A DNA stretch of 64,000 nt from an uncultured delta proteobacterium (lineage in GTDB: Bacteria > Myxococcota_A > UBA9160 > SMWR01), in the NCBI GenBank assembly GCA_963832165.1, contig CAWHTE010000007.1, positions 864,001 through 928,000 of the forward strand. Direction: 5' to 3'. Below, piece after piece: positions 58,520 through 64,000 of the stretch. The stretch's first letter is position 1. Every line of letters begins with the position of its first letter. The notes beneath the pieces were generated by a model, which did no database searches, was not told the origin of the DNA, and saw nothing but the letters and a program-made list of their open reading frames with translations. The position numbers and the translations under genes were made by a program.

Positions 58520-60100
58520 ATGAAGCCTTCCGATCGCTCGCTCGAGATTGCCGTGCTCGGGCTCGGGCAGGCCGGCGCGAACATCGCTGCCGAGTTCCAG
58601 CGCCGCGGCTACCGCTCACTCGCGTTCAACACCGCACGGACCGATTTCACGTCGCTGGGCGCGACGCTGCCCGAATCGCAGCGGATCCACATCGGGCTCG
58701 AGGGCTCCAACGGCGCGGGCAGCGACGTCGAGCACGGGCGCGAGTGCATCGCGGCCAACGCCGACCGGATCAAGTCCCTGGTCTCGGAGCACGCTGCGCT
58801 CGCCGACGTCGTCGTGATCGCCGCGGGCCTCGGCGGTGGCGCCGGCTCGTGCGCGGCCGACCTCGTCGAGCTCGTCCGGGAGCTCGATTTCCCGATCCTG
58901 GTGCTCACCGCGCTTCCGCATCATCACGAAAGCGGAATCAACAAGGTGAACGCGCTCTGCGCGATTCGCGATCTCGCGCAGTTGCCCGGATTCGGCTGGG
59001 TGATGATCGACGACGCGAAGCTCGCGCGACTCCATCACGACGTTCCGATCAGCTCGTATTTCGAGACGATCAACCGCGACATCGTCGAGCCGCTCGACAC
59101 GTTCAACCGGCTCAACGACCGCGAGTCGATCGCGCCGATCCGCACCCTCGACGCGGAAGACCTCCGCACGCTGCTGCTCGCGGGTGGCATCCTGAACTAC
59201 CACTCGCGCGTGCTGCCGAAGCTCAGCGTCGATGCGGTGCTCGAGACGGTGCGCGTCTCGCTCGCAGAGAACCCGATCATGCCGAGCGGGTCCGATCTCG
59301 CGAACGCGGCCTACCTCGGGATCGTGATCGAGGCCTCCGAGCGCGCGCTCGCCGAGAGCCCGTTCTCGCTCTTCGAGGAAGTCGCGGAGCAGACCAAGCG
59401 CGAGACCGGTGGCGCGGCGGTGTACCTGGGCCTGTATCGCGCGCTCGGAGTCGACGACGCGTCGGCGACCGTGCGCATCCTCTCGTGCACGCCCGCGCTT
59501 CCGTCTTCGATCGGCGAGATGATGGCCGAGGCGCAGCGCGAGGCCGGCGCGATCCAGCAGAAGGCCACGCGCCACGTAGACGGGCTCGACCTCGGCGGCC
59601 TCGAGCGCCTGCGCCCGACGCCGGTTCCGCACGTCGCGCGCTCGCGCCGCGGCGGCGACGCGAACGCCGCAGCGCCGGCGCCCGTGACCGCGAAGAAGGC
59701 GGCGCGCGTCGCGAATGAGCCGGCTCCATCGGTAGCGGTGACCGAGCCGGCGCCGTCCGTGGCGTCGAATCCGCCGGCCGCGCGCGCGCCGGCCACCCAG
59801 GCCTCGTCGCGCAATGGCGATTCCGGGGCGACGCTGCCGTCGCGCGGGCGCTACGAGCGGCTCGCAAACGCGTTCCGCGAGGCCACCGAGGACGACAAGC
59901 GCTCCAAGATCGGGGGCGAGCTCGTGTCGGCGCTGCAATCGAATGAGGCGCTCGAGCGCTTCTACGCGGTCAACGCGATGTCGCGCGTGAATCCGGGCTA
60001 CTTCAAGGAAGCGCTGCGGAAGGCCGCGCGCGACGCGGACCGCCACGTGTCGGACCTCGCACGTCGAGCACTCGAGAAGCTCACGGTCGGGCGCGACTGA
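58520..60100 (+). CDS. Divergent tubulin/FtsZ-superfamily GTPase (CetZ/TubZ-like) with Pro/Ala linker and HEAT-like C-terminal domain
   Basis: GLGQAG (T1), FNTARTD (T2), GAGSD (T3), GLGGGAGS (T4 signature), LDAED (T7-like); AGGAGG SD. Confidence 0.82.
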   Translation: MKPSDRSLEIAVLGLGQAGANIAAEFQRRGYRSLAFNTARTDFTSLGATLPESQRIHIGLEGSNGAGSDVEHGRECIAANADRIKSLVSEHAALADVVVIAAGLGGGAGSCAADLVELVRELDFPILVLTALPHHHESGINKVNALCAIRDLAQLPGFGWVMIDDAKLARLHHDVPISSYFETINRDIVEPLDTFNRLNDRESIAPIRTLDAEDLRTLLLAGGILNYHSRVLPKLSVDAVLETVRVSLAENPIMPSGSDLANAAYLGIVIEASERALAESPFSLFEEVAEQTKRETGGAAVYLGLYRALGVDDASATVRILSCTPALPSSIGEMMAEAQREAGAIQQKATRHVDGLDLGGLERLRPTPVPHVARSRRGGDANAAAPAPVTAKKAARVANEPAPSVAVTEPAPSVASNPPAARAPATQASSRNGDSGATLPSRGRYERLANAFREATEDDKRSKIGGELVSALQSNEALERFYAVNAMSRVNPGYFKEALRKAARDADRHVSDLARRALEKLTVGRD

Positions 60101-60105
60101 ACGCG

Positions 60106-60777
60106 TTGAGAGCGCTGATCCACCTGGTTCCGCGCGCGGGCGCGGGCGATCGGTTCGCCTCGCGCATCGCGTCGCTCGTGCCCGAGCTGCGCGAGCGCGC
60201 GGCGGCGCGCGGTCTGGTCGTGAACGCGCTGCATCGGCTCGAGCGCGATGCGTTCGGCAAGCACACGCCGTATCGCGCCGCGCTCGAGCTCACGGGCGCG
60301 CAGCTCGTGCCCGATGAGGTGCTGGCCGTGGTCGGCGATCTGGGCCCGCGCATCGATGACGTCGCGCATCCCGATACGTCGACGCTGCTCATCGGCGCAG
60401 ACGCCGTGTTCGTGGCGCCCGCAGAGCGCTCGCCGGTCCGTTACCAGTACCTGATGCGCCGCAACGCGAGCTTCACGCACGCGGCCTATCTCGAGCGCTA
60501 CCGGACGATCCACTCGCGATTCGGCCTCGTGACGCCGGGCCACCAGGGCTACGTGCAGCTCCACGTCGATCCGGATGCGTCGCGGCGCACGGCCGTGCGC
60601 GCGGGTCTCGGGGTGTGGGGCTGTGACAGCGTGTCCGAGCTGCACCTCGAGTCGCAGGAGAAGTTCCTGCGTGCACTTGCGAAGTCGGGCTTTGGCAAGG
60701 AGCCGATCGAAGACGAGGAGGTCTTCGTCGACCGCGCGAGCTCGTTCGACCTGTGCTCGACGGTCGATTGGGGCTAG
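60106..60777 (+). CDS. EthD-like domain protein
   Basis: YLMRRNASFTHAAYLERYRTIH, GYVQLH, DSVSEL, DEEVFVD pattern in the C-terminal half. Confidence 0.75.
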   Translation: MRALIHLVPRAGAGDRFASRIASLVPELRERAAARGLVVNALHRLERDAFGKHTPYRAALELTGAQLVPDEVLAVVGDLGPRIDDVAHPDTSTLLIGADAVFVAPAERSPVRYQYLMRRNASFTHAAYLERYRTIHSRFGLVTPGHQGYVQLHVDPDASRRTAVRAGLGVWGCDSVSELHLESQEKFLRALAKSGFGKEPIEDEEVFVDRASSFDLCSTVDWG

Positions 60778-62243
60778 GCGCGCGGGCGATTCCGACCGAG
60801 CAGCGCGAGCAGCGCGATTCCAGCCGCGAGCGCGAGCCTTCCCGGCTCCGGCAGCGATGCGATCGCCTCCTCGACGTCCGCGCGCGGGAACGAGAGCCCG
60901 TTGCCCGGGTTCGTCACGAGCGGTCCGCTATCCGCGAGCGCGTTGCGGACCTCGTCGGGCGTGAGGGTCGGATCCGCGTCCAGGAGCAGCGCTGCCTCGG
61001 CCGCCGCGTACGGGCTCGCGGCCGAGGTTCCGCCGAACGAGGTCGTGAGGCCGCCGCCCACCGCGCTCGTCGCCGTGCGGTAGTCGGGAGCGAGGATGTC
61101 GAGCAGCGCGCCGCTGTTGGTATGGCAGACGAACACGTCGGGCGCGGTCGTACTGTCGGTGCATTCGGGAAATAGCGCACAGAGCGGAAGACCCAGGAGC
61201 ACCTCGCCGCACCAGGACACCGAGCCCACGTTCGCGTCGTAGACGCCGCCGACCGAGATCGCCTGTGCGACGCAGGCCGGAAACGAGATGCCCTGGTCGT
61301 GGCTCTCGTTCCCCGAGGCGACGAATACGGCGATGCCGGCCGCGTGCAGTCCGGCGATCGCATTCGCGGTGTTGCTGCCGGTGCACTGCCCCAGTGACGA
61401 GTTCGCGTACTGGCCGCCGTCGCCCAGACTCATGTTGACGACGCGCACGCCCGCTGCGGCGCCTCCGGGGCCGCTCTCGCTGAGCACCCAGTCCAGACCC
61501 GCGGCGATGTCGGAGAAAGTCCCACCGCCCGCGTTGTCGAGCACCTTGACCGCGACGATCTCGGCGCCCGGCGCCACGCCGAGCGGCGCTACGACACCCG
61601 CCGAAGTGATGATGCCCGAGACGCTCGTGCCGTGGCCCTGATCATCTTCGGCGCTGTCGTCCTCGTTCGACCCATCGGGGCAGCATCCCTGGCAGAAGCA
61701 GTGCTGGGCGGCGATGTCGTCGGCCAGGTCCGGGTGGTTGGTATCGATGCCCGTGTCGACCACGGCCACGCGCACGCCCGCCCCGGTATAGCCCTGGGTG
61801 TGAACCGCGGGGGCGCCGATCATGGCCGAGCCCTCGACCAGCCGGGCACGGACGCGCCCATCGAGCGACACCGCGGCGACGCGCGGATTCGCCAGGAGAG
61901 CGTGGATTCCCTGGGCCAGGGCACCGCCCGAGAGGCCCGCGATCGAGCGGTAGCGGCGCGTCACCGAGAACACACCCGCCGGCAGTGCCGACAGCAGGCC
62001 GTCCTGGAGCTCCGCCACGCGCGCGCTGCGGGCCGGACCCAGCGGCGGCAGCGAATCACCCTCCGCGAGCACCACCTCGATCTGCAGCCATTCGCCCGCG
62101 GTCGCCGCGGCGAGTGCGCGCTCGAGTGCGGGGTCGAGTCGAGCTCCGGGCTCGCTCCACCCCGGGTGCGCCAGCGAGAGGACGGCCGCGAACAGCACGA
62201 GCGAGCGGGGCAGGGGGCGCAAGCGATCTCCAAGCGAAGCCAC
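60774..62243 (-). CDS. Secreted S8 (subtilisin-like) peptidase with PEP-CTERM-type sorting tail
   Basis: Triad VVDTGID, GHGTSVSG, GTSAASP; C-terminus LPEPGRLALAAGIALLALLGRNRPRA. Start uncertain (62243-62303). Confidence 0.9.
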   Translation of the reverse strand: MASLGDRLRPLPRSLVLFAAVLSLAHPGWSEPGARLDPALERALAAATAGEWLQIEVVLAEGDSLPPLGPARSARVAELQDGLLSALPAGVFSVTRRYRSIAGLSGGALAQGIHALLANPRVAAVSLDGRVRARLVEGSAMIGAPAVHTQGYTGAGVRVAVVDTGIDTNHPDLADDIAAQHCFCQGCCPDGSNEDDSAEDDQGHGTSVSGIITSAGVVAPLGVAPGAEIVAVKVLDNAGGGTFSDIAAGLDWVLSESGPGGAAAGVRVVNMSLGDGGQYANSSLGQCTGSNTANAIAGLHAAGIAVFVASGNESHDQGISFPACVAQAISVGGVYDANVGSVSWCGEVLLGLPLCALFPECTDSTTAPDVFVCHTNSGALLDILAPDYRTATSAVGGGLTTSFGGTSAASPYAAAEAALLLDADPTLTPDEVRNALADSGPLVTNPGNGLSFPRADVEEAIASLPEPGRLALAAGIALLALLGRNRPRA

Positions 62244-62425
62244 AACGACAGCCGAAAAATCCGATGTCTGCGCATCGTCCCATGGCGGGGGTCCGCAGCG
62301 CAACCCGTGCCGGAATAAGGATGGGTCCGAGCGCGCGGTCGGACGGGCACGAGCCCCGCAACATGTCGAGAAAGATTGACTAACCGGTGCTCAAGCTCGG
62401 AACGGGGCATGTCGCTACGGCGCAG

Positions 62426-63415
62426 ATGGCATTCCCTCATTCTCACGCCGTGCGGCGCGCCCTCGGCGCTTGCCTCGTGCTATGGGCCTCGCTCGCGAGC
62501 CCGGCCTGGGCCGCCGGCGCGCCCGCCAACACCGCGATCAACAACACCGCGACGGTGACCTTCACCGATCCGGATGGCCAGCCGCAGACGATCAACTCGA
62601 ACACGGCCACGCTGCGCGTCGACGAGCTGCTCGGCGTCGCGGTCGTGAGCAACGATGCGGGCAACGTCGGCGTTCTGTCTCCGGACGACGACGATGCGCT
62701 CTCGTTCACGATCACGAACCCCGGCAACGGATCGGAGGCGTTCGCGCTCGCTGCGAACGCGGCCCTCGGTGGCGATGAATACGACCCCACCGACGTCCGG
62801 ATCTTCCTCGATGACGGCGACGGCGTGTTCGAGCCCGCGCAGGACACGCTCTATGTGGTCGGCGTGAATGATCCCGTGCTCGCGCCGGACCAGTCGCTCG
62901 TCGTGTTCATCTCGGCAGACACCCCGGCGGGCCACGCCACGGGCGATACCGCTGCGGCCCAGCTCACGGCGACCGCGGTCACGGGCAGCGGGACACCGGG
63001 CACCACGTTCGCGGGGCAGGGCACCGGCGGCGTGGACGCCGTGGTCGGCGCGACCACGGCGACCGCAGATGCGCAGGGCACCTACTCGGTGTCCCAGACG
63101 CTCACGACGCTCTCCAAGAGCCAGACCATCGAGGACCCGTTCGGCGGCACCAGCCCGGTTCCGGGGGCCGTGATCACCTACACGATCACGATGACGCTCG
63201 CGGGCTCCGGCACGATCACGGGCGCGCAGATCGACGACTCGATTCCCAGCAACACGACCTACGTCCCGGGGAGTCTGCGCCTCGATGGCCTGCCGCTCAC
63301 CGATGCCGCGGACGTCGACGCCGGGCAGTTCACCGGCAGCGCGATCGCGGTGAGCCTGGGCGCCGTCACGGCTCCCGGCTCGCACACCGTGGAATTCCAG
63401 GTCCAGATCAACTGA
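62426..63415 (+). CDS. Secreted beta-rich DUF11 / conserved-repeat-domain protein
   Basis: Signal peptide ending PAWA, mature AGAPANTAINNTATVTF, FTITNPGNGSE, C-terminal LSKS...PGAVITYTIT...DDSIPSNTTYVPGS. Confidence 0.85.
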   Translation: MAFPHSHAVRRALGACLVLWASLASPAWAAGAPANTAINNTATVTFTDPDGQPQTINSNTATLRVDELLGVAVVSNDAGNVGVLSPDDDDALSFTITNPGNGSEAFALAANAALGGDEYDPTDVRIFLDDGDGVFEPAQDTLYVVGVNDPVLAPDQSLVVFISADTPAGHATGDTAAAQLTATAVTGSGTPGTTFAGQGTGGVDAVVGATTATADAQGTYSVSQTLTTLSKSQTIEDPFGGTSPVPGAVITYTITMTLAGSGTITGAQIDDSIPSNTTYVPGSLRLDGLPLTDAADVDAGQFTGSAIAVSLGAVTAPGSHTVEFQVQIN

Positions 63416-63429
63416 GGAGGTCCGCGACC

Positions 63430-63933
63430 ATGACGCGTCTTCACTATCGAACTGCGCTCGCCGGATTCACCGCCGCCTGGCTGCTTTTCGCCGTGGCGCC
63501 GCCGGCGGCGGGGGCCGATGGGCTCGAGCTCCGCAACGCCGTCTTCCAGGAGGTCGACGTCAAGGCGGCCGATGGAACCACGAGTCGCGAGCGCGTGCCC
63601 GCAGCGAAGGTCGTGCCGGGCACCGAGGTGATCTACGTGATCACCTATCGCAACGGGGGCGAGCAGCCCGCGACCGACGTCGTGATCACCAACCCGGTCC
63701 CGTCGGAGCTCGCCTACGTGCCCGAGGGCCAGCCCGGCGCGTCCGCGGCTCCCGAGGTCTCCGTGGACGCGGGCAAGCACTGGGGCGCGCTCGCTTCGCT
63801 GCGCGTGCTCGGGGCCGACGGCAAGCCGCGCGCGGCCCAGGGCAGCGATGTCACGCACCTGCGCTGGAAGCTCGGCGCCCCCGTTCGCGCCGGCGAAGAG
63901 GGGTCCGTCAGCTACCGCGCGGTCCTCGAATAA
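63430..63933 (+). CDS. Secreted single-domain DUF11-like protein
   Basis: Signal peptide, VPGTEVIYVITYRNGG...VITNPVPSELAYV, VSVDAGKHWG, VTHLRW; GAGGAGG SD. Confidence 0.85.
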   Translation: MTRLHYRTALAGFTAAWLLFAVAPPAAGADGLELRNAVFQEVDVKAADGTTSRERVPAAKVVPGTEVIYVITYRNGGEQPATDVVITNPVPSELAYVPEGQPGASAAPEVSVDAGKHWGALASLRVLGADGKPRAAQGSDVTHLRWKLGAPVRAGEEGSVSYRAVLE

Positions 63934-64000
63934 CACGATTTCCGTGATCTGAAGAAGAACCAGAACCAGTTACACGCTGAACCAGAAGCAGGAGCGATGA

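Noticed and set aside
58520..60100. Calling the tubulin-like gene ftsZ
   Set aside because: Lacks canonical FtsZ motifs, the conserved C-terminal peptide and dcw context.
62345..62360. Sigma-54 promoter (GGCAC-N7-GC) upstream of the DUF11 operon
   Set aside because: Spacing fits, but the -12 element is CCGC rather than TTGC; too weak in GC-rich DNA.

Overview
A very GC-rich bacterial chromosomal segment, densely packed with about 57 protein genes; I see no rRNA, tRNA, CRISPR array, prophage or transposase. The gene repertoire (AddAB-type pair, PEP-CTERM protease, PilZ/EAL/HD-GYP proteins, type-2 IleRS, many TetR/P450/Rieske/LLM genes) suggests a Myxococcota-like or related deltaproteobacterial genome, which is an inference. 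Recognisable content: NifU, PBP, YqgE, a TetR-controlled aromatic catabolic operon (FAH, extradiol dioxygenase, P450, MhpA-like hydroxylase, glutathione-dependent formaldehyde dehydrogenase), pqqB-pqqC/D-pqqE without a local pqqA, ileS, lysA, glpD, addB/addA-like genes, mazG, msrA, mutM, RqcH/NFACT, a penicillin acylase with a TSP3/dockerin tail, an S8 protease and the start of a DUF11 operon. Most interesting signals: (1) the DUF11 operon looks like a donor-strand, isopeptide-linked surface fibre system; (2) a stand-alone CetZ/TubZ-like tubulin-family GTPase with a HEAT-like tail; (3) a GTAG REP-like repeat family that supplies stop codons and sits inside coding sequence, plus a related repeat found at frame breaks; (4) a double-psi-barrel-like insertion in IleRS; (5) an unannotated 33-aa basic protein next to a candidate sRNA; (6) many apparently leaderless genes. 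Three genes show single-base frame breaks and a fourth has a broken N-terminus, which may be assembly errors. All calls come from motif recognition by eye; no searches were run.
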